The notes below the pieces were generated by a model. That model searched no databases. It saw only the letters and a list, made by a program, of their open reading frames with translations, and was not told the DNA's origin. A stretch of 64,000 bases of DNA from Psilocybe cubensis (Eukaryota): contig CM039006.1 of NCBI GenBank assembly GCA_017499595.2, positions 806,001 through 870,000 on the forward strand, written 5' to 3'. Within the stretch, counting starts at the first letter, position 1; every line of letters starts with the position of its first letter. Made by a program: the position numbers and the translations under genes. This document shows positions 37,843-53,622 of this stretch, piece after piece.

Positions 37843-40808
37843 TCATCGCCTCGCAGAAACCCGTCCCCTCCCCATCCACGGCTAGAGGATCAAAGATCAT
37901 GGTCAGCATTCATCCTCGTATTTTTTTTTTGAAAAGAGGGAAGAGAGAGAGAGAGAGAGAGGGTTAAAAAGATTTTGAAAAAAGAGAGAAAAGTTTTTTT
38001 TTAAGAAAGAGAGAGTTTTTTTGTAAAAGAGGGAGAATTCGCAAAAAAAGCAAGCAAGCAAGCAAGAAATTAAGACAAAAAAAAAAAAAAAAAAAAAAAT
38101 ACAAAGTTTTATCTTTTCTCTTTTTTTTTTTCAAAACAAGAACCAAAGGTTTATCAACCCAACCTCAACCCAAAACCCACACTCACATTTCGCGGTTTAG
38201 CAGCTCCCTGACCATACCCGCCCTCCCTCTCCCGCTCCATCTCACCGCCTTTCCCGTTCCCCCTTCCGTTCCCTCGAAACCGCCCTCCGTCTTCACCTCC
38301 TCCATACCCCCCTCCTCCACTACGCTCCCCGGCGTACCCAGACGAAGAGCTCCGCTCACCACGCACATACCCACTCCCGCCCCCCTCCCACTCCGCCTCC
38401 CTACTCCGCGCATACTCCCCCGCACGACTAAACGCCTTACCCTGTCTTGCGCCTTTGGGAAATCCGGAGCTTCCTGAGGATGCGTAGTGGGCTGTGAAGG
38501 TTGGTGTTTCCTCTGAGGTGTCTCTCGCTGCATACCCACCACCCCTACGGTCCGCGTACCCCCCATAACCTCCACCTCCACCTCCATACCCCCCTCTCCC
38601 ATACCCCCCTCCCCCGTACCCACCTCCCCTCCTATCCCCAAACCCACCCCTCCCCTCCAGCGCCCCCCTAACCATCCCCTCCAAATTCCGCCCCAACCCA
38701 ACCTCCCTATCCAACCCCCACATCTCCCTAAACTGCCTCTTCAACCCCTCAATCACACTCGGCAAGTGCAAGCCTAGCGAAGAAGCTTTCCCAAGGAAGA
38801 ACCCCGCGTAGGACGAGAGTGCGGATGCGACTTGCGGGTACGGTGTGTCTTCTTCTCGATGGCCACCTCGAAGCCCGATGGACGATATCGGTGTGTGTGC
38901 GAAGCGCGCTGCGATCTCCCGCGCGGTCCGGTCGAGCTCGTCGACTCTCGCGCGCCCGTATGCGCGCGAGGGCGGTGCGGCTTCGCCGAGGGCTGTGAGC
39001 TCCTCGATGACACCCTCCTTCGTGATCGGTTTAAGTCCGACATCCGCTAGGTTCCCCGCGCTCGGCTGCTGTCCCTGTCCTCTTCGTGCCTGTCCGTTTC
39101 CCTTCCCTGCACCAGGCGCCCCGAGGCCAAGGAACCCCATCTCCCAATCCGCTAGCACCAAATCCCCCCGGCCAACTTTCGAAGCGCCCCTCCCCGTCCT
39201 ACCCACGCGATGGATATAAACGTCCTTCCCACTCGGACACCCCACCTGAATAACCCTTGTCACACCCGGATAATCCACACCGCGCGCTGACACATCCGAC
39301 GTGACGAGGATCGACGAGGGGAGGGTGCACGCGCGGAATTGGGCGGATACGCGTGTGCGGTGGGACATATCTTTTTTGGAGTGGATTTCGAAGACGGCTG
39401 TTGAGGAGGGCGGGGTGGGGAGGAGGGATGGTCCGGTTTGGGAGGGGGAAGGGGAGGAGTTGAAGAGGATTTTGCGGAGGAGCTGTGTGAAGAGCTGCAC
39501 CATGTTTGTTGTGCTTAGGAATATGATGATCTTGCTGGCTTTCGGCGCGTCGGGATCGACATCTTTCCCTGGGCGCCCTCTCCGCAAGCTACCGGGGTAC
39601 ATAATCTGATCAGCAGCGATCAACCTCAACACGTGCGGTATAATATCGTCTCCCTTCTCCAGCACGGTATGGTACTGTGGTATATGCGCATGCACCGGTG
39701 AATCGTCCGCGCTTACGCAGTTGACGAATTTGTGGGTTGGTGCGAGAGTTTGTTGGGCGATTTGTTGGATTGCGCGCGAGACGGTTGCGGAGAAGAGGAA
39801 GGTTTGTCGGGTTGGTGTGGGAGGGAGGAAGGTGGTGAGTTGGGTTATGTCGTCCCGGAAGCCCATGTCGAGGAGTGTGTCTGCTTCGTCTAGGATTAGC
39901 TGGATTCTAGTTAGCTATAATGTTTTTTTTGAAGCGGTGAGATGGGACGTACCAAATTGCATTTGGATATAGCACGCGCAACGCTCGGTTCTGAATTCAA
40001 CAGATCCAAAATGCGGCCGGGCGTAGCGACAACGATATCCTTCCGTCCCCTCCACGCTCTCATCTGCATACCCTTACTCTCACCCCCAAGCAAAACCTGC
40101 GTCTGCCACCCGCGATGATGCTTCGTCAAATTCACCGCCTCGACAGCAATCTGCGCCGCGAGCTCCCTAGTAGGGGAGATGATCAGACACCCGACATGGT
40201 CCCGCGCGTACTGGACCACGGCGTCCGCGCGCTGGAAGGGCGAGAGCCCGAAGCCGCTGTCGTGTTCTGCCTGGGCGAGGTGGGCGTCGATGGCGTGTAG
40301 CCGGGCTTCGATGGCGGGGAGGAGGAAGGCGAGGGTTTTGCCGGTGCCGGTTTTGGCTTTTACGAGGAGGTCGCGCGGGTGTGTGTGGGATGCGCCCGGG
40401 TGGGTGGATAGGGGGAGAGCGAGGGTCGGGAGGAGGGGGAGGATGTGGGATTGGACGGGGGACATGTGGGTGTGGGGGATGGCTTTGAGGGTGTAGGGGT
40501 CGATGTGCGGGGCGAGGGTGCTGAAGGGGATTGGTGCGTCTTCGGTGAGGGAGGGAGGGGTGGAGGTGGAGGGGAGGGTGGATGGGTTGGCGGAGGCGAG
40601 TGCTGAGAGGACCTCTGAGCGGTGTGTGCGGGTTGTGGAGAAGAGCGCAGAGGGCCGCAGAAGCTCAGAGGGCAACACTCGCTGAGGAAGTGCTATAACC
40701 AAGTCAATTTTCGTTCGGTGCTGGCATATAAAAGAAAAGCTTACCGCTCCTGGTGCGTGCGCACAGCACGAACGGGCGTAGCGCCACGCGTGTGCTTTGG
40801 CGGAGCAT
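37843..40808 (-). CDS. Mitochondrial-type DEAD-box RNA helicase (Mss116/CYT-19-like)
   Basis: Arg-rich N-terminus MLRQSTRVALRPF. Motifs AKTGTGKT, SPTRELA, TPGR, DEAD (LILDEADTLLDMGF), SAT, ARGVD and HRVGRTGR. RGG-rich tail. A probable last intron 38186-37882 (GTGAGT...GCTGAC...TAG) gives the ending KPRN-PWMGRGRVSARR*; unspliced stop would be at 38154. Confidence 0.88.
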
Positions 40809-41478
40809 CCTTCCTGTTTGTGGTTTTCAGTGTTTTTTTTGGAGGGGGGAGTTTGTAAGAGAGAGCGCGGGCTCTGGCTGTTACAGAGAGGGACGTTGGT
40901 GGGAAATTGTATTCCCCCCGCGCAATTTTCTCAGTGGGTGTCGTGGGAGGATTTTAGGTAAGGCTGTGAGGCGTGTTTGGTTGAGCGTGGTTTGGTGAAA
41001 ATTGATTCGGGGTGTCTATGTAATGTCGATGTGTAGTAGCGACTCTGTTCGCGTAGGGTAGTATCTCGTACATCAACTGTACATTGTTTGCTTCAAATCG
41101 CAGCTCATAAAATAATCCTAAAACGCACAAAAAATCATACATCAATTAACCCATTCCACAATTGCTTAAAACTTTCCACTTTTCCATGTAGACACGCAAA
41201 AACCCACATCTCCCAACCAAAAAACGCATCCTCGCAGACACCACACCAAACTCAACAAACCGCATGCAACACCGCAAAAAAACCATGACTCGAGTCACAG
41301 AATTCACATGTACAACAGCTAGAGCCAATGACAACTGTGGGACAATCCTTACGTAACATCTTTTTTTTGATTGATCTACACAGGACGCGTCGTTCCGTCC
41401 GTTCATCTACGTCCATCCATCACTCCCTCCTCTCTACAAAACACACCTTAGAACTAGAACACGAAAAGAGCGAGCGCC

Positions 41479-45296
<3,818 letters not shown>

Positions 45297-45632
45297 GTAC
45301 TTGAGTACATGAGCTTGAGTGCTTGAGCACTTGAGTGTTTGGTGGGAGTGGGAGTGGGAGTGTGAGGGGGGGGAGTGTGAGTGTTGTGGAGAGGATGGAG
45401 GATGGAGAGTGAAGGGAAGGTGGAAGGAGGGTGGAAGGTGCAAAAAAAAGTTAATTTACTGATGAATTTTTTTATGATCTTTGGTGTTGTGCTATGAACG
45501 GTGCTTAATGAATCTTTCCTCCGTTTCTCGTTTTTGGCTTTTGTGGCTTGGTTTTAATTCACTATTAGTATTACTATTAGAGCATAGAGCATAGAGCATT
45601 ATCAACATTGAATATTGATCTTCCTTCCACCA

Positions 45633-45810
45633 CTTCTCCCACTCTCCCACTCTCCCACTCTCCCACTCTCCCACTCTCCCACTCTCCCACTCTCCCACTC
45701 TCCCACTCTCCCACTCTCCACTCTCCACTCTCCAACTCTCCACTCATTGCATATAAAAGTATCTTTCAAAATTTCTTTTCTTTTCTTTTCTTTTCTTTTC
45801 TTTTCTTTTC
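45633..45810. repeat. (CTCCCACT)n octamer repeat followed by (TTTTC)n
   Basis: Read directly. Confidence 0.9.
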
Positions 45811-46759
45811 TGTCTTGTTTTTTCGTCTATTTCTCTTTTGCCATTTGTTTGCGATTTGTTTCGTACAGGTTAATTCTCTTTATATCATCTGATAGATAGT
45901 ATAGATAATATAGACCATCTCAATCTCACATCTCACATCTCACATCTCACATTTCACATCTCACATCTCAATGTCATGTTAGGTTTCCCGGAGTGGAGTC
46001 GAATCGAGACCGTTGACGCAATTTATATTTTTTTTTTGCTTGTTTTTGTCGTTGTTGTTGTAGCAATTATCCTCTCATCCGACATCGGGGTATACTATAC
46101 ACTTTCTTAGCTTCTTTCTCTGCGATTTAAATTTTAATTGATAACGATAATGATATTTGCATATGTAGAATTACAATACATGTATTGGTACAGGTATATT
46201 ACACACCAGAATAACCCAGATTATATTTACAATGGTTGACCTTAGTAGGACCTACCCGCGCTCGTGCGCGCGTTTGGTAGTCTGAATCAAGGTGGTTTGT
46301 TATTCTTTTCCTTCTCCTTCTTCTTCTCTTTGTTTGCTCGTTCAATTCGCTTTCTTCGTCCTTCGTCCTTCGTTCTCCGTTCTTCGTGCTTTGTGCTTTG
46401 TTGGGGTGTGGGTATATGTCTGATTCGTGTTCAATTCAGCCATGTCGTCTGAACTGGAGGTCTTCTTTGAAGACCGTGATCGCGTGTGCGAGATATATGT
46501 ACATATAATACAAATGGGTATCTTGACCAGAGAGAGTCGGGCTGGTTCATTGATGGTCCTTCTCGTCGTCGTCGTCGTCGTCGTCATAATGAAAGGGGTA
46601 TAAACGTGTGGTAGGTACTTGACGGTCATACGGTGTCGTCAAGGTTCCAAAAAGTCGAAACACGGAAAGACGGAGGTGTTATAGATCACATGTCCTGGTG
46701 TTTCGTCTTCGATGCATGTATTCGTTCCGTTCGATTCTGGGTCGAACGATAGAGAGGAC

Positions 46760-48567
46760 CTAGAAGATCGCGAACGTCGCGAAAGTGTCTTCTTCCTCTT
46801 CGGCGCAGTCCAGGTATCCTGGAGAGTCTGGAATGTGATATAGAGTAAGCAAAGACAAATATTGATTCGAGGAGATTGAATTTATTTAAATGAAACGCAC
46901 CGGCAGTGTCGCATGGTCTGACTTCCACCACCCTCTCGCTGCCCTCCTCGGAGTCTGCGGCGTACTGGCATCCGCTCGGTAGAGGTGTAGCCTGCAGCCC
47001 GTCGGCCAACGCAGCGCGCAGCGCCTCGTTGCCTGCGACGAACCACTTCATCTTCCTCAGATTTGCGAATTTGGCCGTTGTACCACTTTCTCTGCGCTCA
47101 TCGTCATCGTCATCGTCGCGGTCGCGTCGGTCGAGCATGTGGACCCTTATACGCTGTGCAGCCTCGCGTATATCCGTCGCCGTCTTCCACTCGCCCACAT
47201 CAAGCTTGACAGACACTTCGTCAAGCAGACCATGCGTCGCCGGCTCGAGCTGCGCGAGCACATTCGGGATAAAGTTCTTGAAGTTATTGAAGAGAATCAT
47301 CGCAGCGCCCGTCTTCTTCTGCCGGGGCCGGCACATGGCGAGGCGGAGCGTGCGCAGGTTGTGCAGGGCGCTGACGTCGAGCGGGGATGTGACGGCATCG
47401 TGATTGACGCCGATGGCTAGTACGTGGGGGTGGCAACAGATTAATATTAATATTCGTGATCAACATTCAACAACGTAACCATCGCCGCGTCCACGCTCGG
47501 ACAGTCGGCGGAAAAAAAAGAAGGTAGGCAGAAAACAGTGAACATACACACACACCTTGAACTTCCAGACGGCAGCAGAATGTGCGTAGGGAGTCTGCGC
47601 ATTCGCTGAGCAGCGCGTTGATCCCGCCGTGCGTGCTGTACTGCTTGGGCATCGTCAGCGACATGTGCTGCACGCTTGAGATGTCGAGCGGACAGTCGTC
47701 GTTCGTCGCCCACTGTGCGAACGCGTGGAACGCGGGCTCGGCTAGCTCGAGCCTGAGCATCTTCAGCGGCCGCCGCTGGGACTGCAGGACCGAATCTCTG
47801 GGTCGTCTCTGCGCCTGTGCCGCCGCCGACGCATCCCAATCGACAGTCTCCCCTCCCGTGCCGCCGCCTTCAAGCGCGCCGCTGAATGTGACGTCCTCAA
47901 GAACCAGACCTTCCAGAAGCGGACATCCCGCGAGCGCCAGTACCGAAAGCGGGATGCCGCGCATGTGCGCTAGACGGATGTGAACGAGCGACTGTGAGCG
48001 GAACGCGGTGCGAAGCTCATTGCGCACGGCGCTGGGAATAAAGCTCCACGAGACCGGCCAGATATAACCTTTGGGACGTATCCCCGGTTCAGAGACGCTG
48101 CTGGTGGTGGGGCAGGGGATCGCTGTCGTAACCGAGGTGGTGGTGGAGCTGATGACGCTGTTAAGTCTTCCGCCACCGCCGCCGCTGCTGCCACTAGTAG
48201 TGCTTCCGCGCCCAAGGTTGATGCCCCGCAGGTGCCTGAGCAAGGGGAGGCAGACTTGCAGGATTTCGGTGAGCCGGTGCAGGTCCTGGTCCTCCATCCC
48301 GTGGGCGATGACGATGGAGAGCTCCCGCACATACGCGGAGATGCGTGGCGAAGAGAGAAGCAACTGGCAGAATCTGTCGGGTGGATTGGCCTGGGAAGGG
48401 AACGGGACGTGGCGGAAATCGAGCTGGACCTTCGCGAAGAGGTATCTCTGCGTGCTGTACACCCAGCGATGGCAGGTCAGAGCGCATGATCTCAGAGATG
48501 GGATGTCGTCCTTGAGGTAGCTGAGAATGTGCTGCTCCAACTCCACTGGCAATGCTTCACAGGGCAT
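46760..48567 (-). CDS. F-box-like domain protein with LRR-like C-terminal region (3 exons)
   Basis: N-terminal LPVELEQHILSYLKDDIPSLRSCALTCHRW...QRYLF is the typical agaric F-box. Repeated LxxLxL segments. Introns GTGTGT...TAG and GTGCGT...CAG; last exon DSPGY...FAIF*. Confidence 0.75.
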
Positions 48568-49626
48568 GATGGGCCAAGAATTGGCAAGCCGGACACTGAG
48601 AAAATCCTGCAAAACCGAAACTGCCAAGTGCTTTTAGAGGTGTTTAGACGCCCGCTCAGTCAAAAGAGCTGGTACGACGACCGGGAAACTCACAGGTGTC
48701 CCGTCGTCCTTCAAGGATCGAGGTTTGGAACAGGTTGGCTTGAGTGGTTGACGGTGAAGGTGAACCCGTGTAGAGCTTGTTTAAGTATTCGTTATCAATC
48801 TATATGGGGCAGACGGTGGAAGTGTGCAAGCGAGCTCGCTGTCCACAAAGACTTTGAAGGGATTGATCTTCCTTTTCACACGAACCACTAGCGTCGCCGG
48901 AGTAGCGGGTTTGTTCTCAAAATACACTATCAGAAGTACAAGGCGCCTAGACTCCATCACCACGGATACAACGCAAGGTAAGCTGCCTCCCACATCCAGA
49001 AAAATTACCATAACTCGGACACTATCATGTTAATATCATGTTAATCATCAACAAATGGTGCAATATACCAGTAATCTGGTTAACATTCCAGTCGTTGTTA
49101 GTGAGACTAACATATAGCCTGTCGTGGACTCGTGATTCGTCAGATGGCAGAGTAAAAACTGGCCGCGATGAAAGTTTGCAGATTTATAACGACATTAACG
49201 GGGCTTACTTGGTGGTCACTGCAGCTGCTTACGGTGGTTTACGGGATGATTTCTACTTTCAATCGGCCCGTGTCGTTTCCCTGGCGAATTTTGAACCTGG
49301 TGCCGTCATCCAGGAACAAGCCTAGAGCAGCGCCAAATTTTAGAGTCAAATCATCTCGTGTGAAGGGAAATAAAAAGTCATCATCGTTTGCCAACTTGAA
49401 GAGTTGTTTGCTGTACAGAATACTCTGAGCATCATATCGACGTCACAGCGCTCAGACCACCAATAAGTGTTAACGGGGAACATCAGCAACTCTGAATTAT
49501 CGTCAAACCGAGTGGGGGCAGGCTTTATTTCAGCTGAAAAGCTGGATCACAGTACACTGAGACCATTCGGTTCCAAAATTGAAGTTTGTGTGTACATGAA
49601 GCTGAATTCGGGGAGTAAATTCTGGC

Positions 49627-51037
49627 CTAATTAATCGGATGTTCTGGAACTCGGACAACCGCTGTTTTGCCTTCGACCCGGTTTCGATCAGCCTCAACTC
49701 GCAAAGTCATTGCCTCTATCGCAGGCCCACGATACAACGCGTCCAAAGAGAACCCTGCGGCTACTGCTGCGAGATAGTAGATTCTCTCGCGTTCAACTTT
49801 GGCACGAACGTGTTCGACGAATACTTTGGTAATGAGACGTGACAGAAGAGAACCGACAAGGTTTGTGGTAGGGTCCGCCAGAGGAGATGCTGCGAATCGA
49901 TAAATGTCCTTGTCATGGCCGGACATCTTAGTATGCAAAGACCATTCGTTATGCTCGTCAGACCGAATCAAGGTGTTGATGTACCTGCAAGACGTCCGAA
50001 GAATTAGTCGTCGTTTAATGCCCAATTGAGAGTATGTGCTTACTCCATGTACGAGAATGCGTCCATTGGCGTGTTGATCAACAATCCAGCACCGCGGAAG
50101 AGAGGTGTAATGAAAGGTTGATCGTTTCGGACATAGTCAAGGAAAGGTGAATTGAATTCGCATTTAGACACTGACGATCGTCTGTTCCCCTCCAGGCTGC
50201 CTTTAATCATCATATTCACATTGATAAACCCACAAACCGACTCCCGTTGTGGCGCAGACTCGGACTCCGATTGCGATTGCGATTTCTCTTTGTTCCGTTC
50301 CCGTACGGCACGTTGCCACTCCCGTCGCTCTTCTGCGGTGAGAGCACTCTTTTCTTCAGGAGTATTAGAAATATGGAGAAGCTGAATCATGCCCCGCATT
50401 GGGGACGAAACGGTTTCGGCTTGAGCGGATGGATGATAGAGCTGAAGGAAATTGAGGATATCAGCAGGTTCGATGTTCAGTAGTATTTCGACCTCGAACG
50501 GATCCGCAACATATGCGGCGTATTCTTCGGGACTCAGTTGATGAAGTTTGAGATGCAGAATCGTTAAGATTTTAATATGTTGAGAGAGGATGGGATTAGA
50601 AATGAGGTAGGCTAGCGCTTTGCGCTGGGAAGCCTCAGCGCGCGAGGGGTGAACGCAAGACGCCTTGTGAATTGGCCTGAATATGGTATAAGTATTTTTC
50701 AACGTCTCTTTCATTTCATACACACCAATGCTGCCTTTGGCACTTATAGAGTGGCTACGGTCAATAGAGAAATGATTTAATTAAAGACCTCGAGCACACC
50801 TCTGCAGAACAATAGATTGACTTGCACTAGTGATGACATTGAGCCGGAGTGTCAGACCCAATACAATTTCAAAAACCTCACCTGAACACATTCCATGAAG
50901 CGCATTTCCGAAAGTGCACCCGTTTTTGAACATCCAACGCATTCTCGGTGGACCATACTCTTCGCTTTCTTGCTTGCTAATTTTTCGGGATTGAGTGGCC
51001 GTGCATTATTGTTCTGAGCTCGAGTGGGTTGAGCCAT
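49627..51037 (-). CDS. MYND-type zinc finger protein
   Basis: Splicing short exons gives CVGC...CVQCKSIYCSAECQRQHWPIHKASC (MYND consensus), followed by ORFs 50040-50723 and 49627-50025. Confidence 0.75.
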
Positions 51038-53622
51038 TGTTGGTGATGAAAGAAAAGGCACAACGTCTTTCGCTGTTTCATGAGAGTCAAACCTCCTTCA
51101 AATAGGGCCAAAAGTGATCACGGGAGGACATCTTTAAGACAGTGTTGCAGAATATGTGGGGCTGAAACACGGTGTAGGTCTTGGTTGTTTGCTACGCACG
51201 CTAGCAGGAGTCGTCAAACGAGGACGGATCCGTTGTTCAAACTGGGTAGAGGTCAATCCACAGTATTTGTTGGAGCAGTGCTGTGAAGAGGAGAGCTAAC
51301 CTGTGGAATTGTTCCCATTAGATCTGACTCGAGATTCAGAAATAGAATCGTACGTTTTCCAATAGTAAAACATGACCTTCCTAGTTGCTCTTCCCCGTTC
51401 GCAGAGCATATTTTGATGAGTTCCTGTGTCCATACTAAAATATAACGTTCATTTTACACGATGTCGAAGCGTTTCAACATCGTTCTTACCATGAATGACT
51501 GCGTGGTTCTAGGAGTAGTGGATATAGTGAAACATGAGACAATACGCTATTTCCTCCGTTCACTGCAATATACTGACCATCTTCTATGGCAATTCATCTG
51601 GGGCAGCACATTATAGGTCCCTTTCCAGAATGTTTATCATATTCCGGATTAAAAATGGAGGACCTATGTGGAATTCCAGAGATAACGGTAAGTGTTGAAG
51701 GAAATAGATCCAGAATCTTTGTGTCGAACAGGTGCATACAGGTCCCAAATGTTAAATTCTGTCTTGGAGTCGATGCTTCTCCCGAGTTTGAAGAAGATCA
51801 GTCAAGTTGGGATGTTCATCACTTGAGAAATCTTTTATCAAAATATTTTTGCAACTTTTGTTGACGGGAGGGAAGCGTTTGCGCATTTTTGGCGCAGTAA
51901 CCACGAGGAAGCCATACGCGAGGCCTGATCCAACGACAGCAATGACTGATATATCAGATGTGTTGCTCAGTTCCGCTGAAGGGGAAAATTAATGTCGACA
52001 GGACGTACCCGGCTCCTACGTTGACTAAACCGGGGCATAGGTAAGTTTGGAAGGACATAGATTATTCCCCACAACTGACGTATCTGCGGATCGTCTTCAT
52101 TCCTCCAGAACCTGTTTGGCAGGAAACACGTGGTTTTCGGGTCTTTACACAGTCGAACCGAGCGTGTCAATTTCCGTCTGTCAGATAAAACGGCGATCTA
52201 CACCTTCGAGAACAGCTTGCGGAAATATCCACGTACTTCGCAGTTCTAACCATTTTATAGAAATATAATTGCTGCATCTTCAAGCACTGAAGGACTGTTG
52301 AATAGTGAAGATGGCTCGAATATGAGGGGTGATGTTGGTGTATTCTGTTCCCATGAACAATTGGCTGACATAGGGGTGGATAAGTTGAAATCTTGGATAT
52401 GTCGAGGCAGATGGATGTCCAAAATTGATATCATGGTGAACTCAAATGAATAGCATGTCGCGTCTGACTTCTCGATAGGGACATTGTACTCGTAGGTGCT
52501 GTCGGCCCTGTAGTGCTATTTTTTGGAAGGCGGAAGAAAACAACATCTGCTACGATGATGACATACGATGATTCAATGCTGATACTAGAAAGTGGAGAGG
52601 ACCTATTTCTTTATAACCGCTGCGCATGAAAAATAAACGGAGGAATGGGTTGACGAACAAAGCAGACTGGCAGGTTTGTGGCAGGCAAACCGCAACAAGC
52701 AGGCAAGGTAGCAGGCAAGGTCAGAGAAGTGACAGGCTGGTCACATCGTGATGAAGCCAAAACAAGTTAAATAACACCTAGCACGACGGACTTTTAAATT
52801 TTACTAACGGTTGAGCGTTCCTTCGATCGCCAGACTTGTCACTCGCCATCGCCAGCGTTTGGTTAAGTATAGGAGCCCCTGGGTCACCAACTTTACGATG
52901 TCCGATGCCTGTCTGAGCAATTCTCGGTGATTTTGCGGCCATCGACGGCATCAACATCGAAATTGAGCTCCGACACATCATACGGCGGTTCCCGACCCGC
53001 GACTTTTCTGGTTTGACACACACACACTGTGACGTGCCACACAATGCTCTGGCAATTCTCGGGAGAGAATTCCAGTATAGCGACAGGTTTACTCGTAATT
53101 CACATTGACGTATGGTCAATACAGCACCATTGAAGCCAATATATGATAGCATATTTGTTCTTGGTAGACAGCCTAAATCAATCCTCTTGTTGGGATGATA
53201 AGTTGTATGGAAAGCCAGACTGATCTGCTCAATGTTTGGCTCATGCCGCGTGATGGCCTTTGTAAATTAAACAATAAATAAATAAATAGTCAATTTGCCT
53301 TATAAATCAAGGCGTATCACGGTGTCACCGTGACTGATTAAATATTTGTTCGGTACTGAACGTGTAGAGCACAACTCGCTGCAGAGTACTTTCAGTATTG
53401 TTCACGTACCTTCACATTTTTGCTACTATAAATTACTTTTAATAATTAAGAACCAAATCTCCCGCCCTATGGAAACCCATAGAACTTTAGAACATTGATA
53501 TCAATTTGAAATTTCAAGACAGGAGCAGGTGAATAGGAGTCCATTGAACCGTTGGACGACTTGGACACTTTTATTCCTTAACCATTTCCACGATTATCCT
53601 GCTTTATTCACCATTTGCTATT

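Noticed and set aside
36986-37932. Plus-strand ORFs of 299 and 289 aa
   Set aside because: Antisense to hexamer repeats lacking stops; non-ATG starts; no protein-like complexity.
51400-53150. Possible decayed gene on the minus strand
   Set aside because: Fragments with many stops; no family or consistent splicing recognised.
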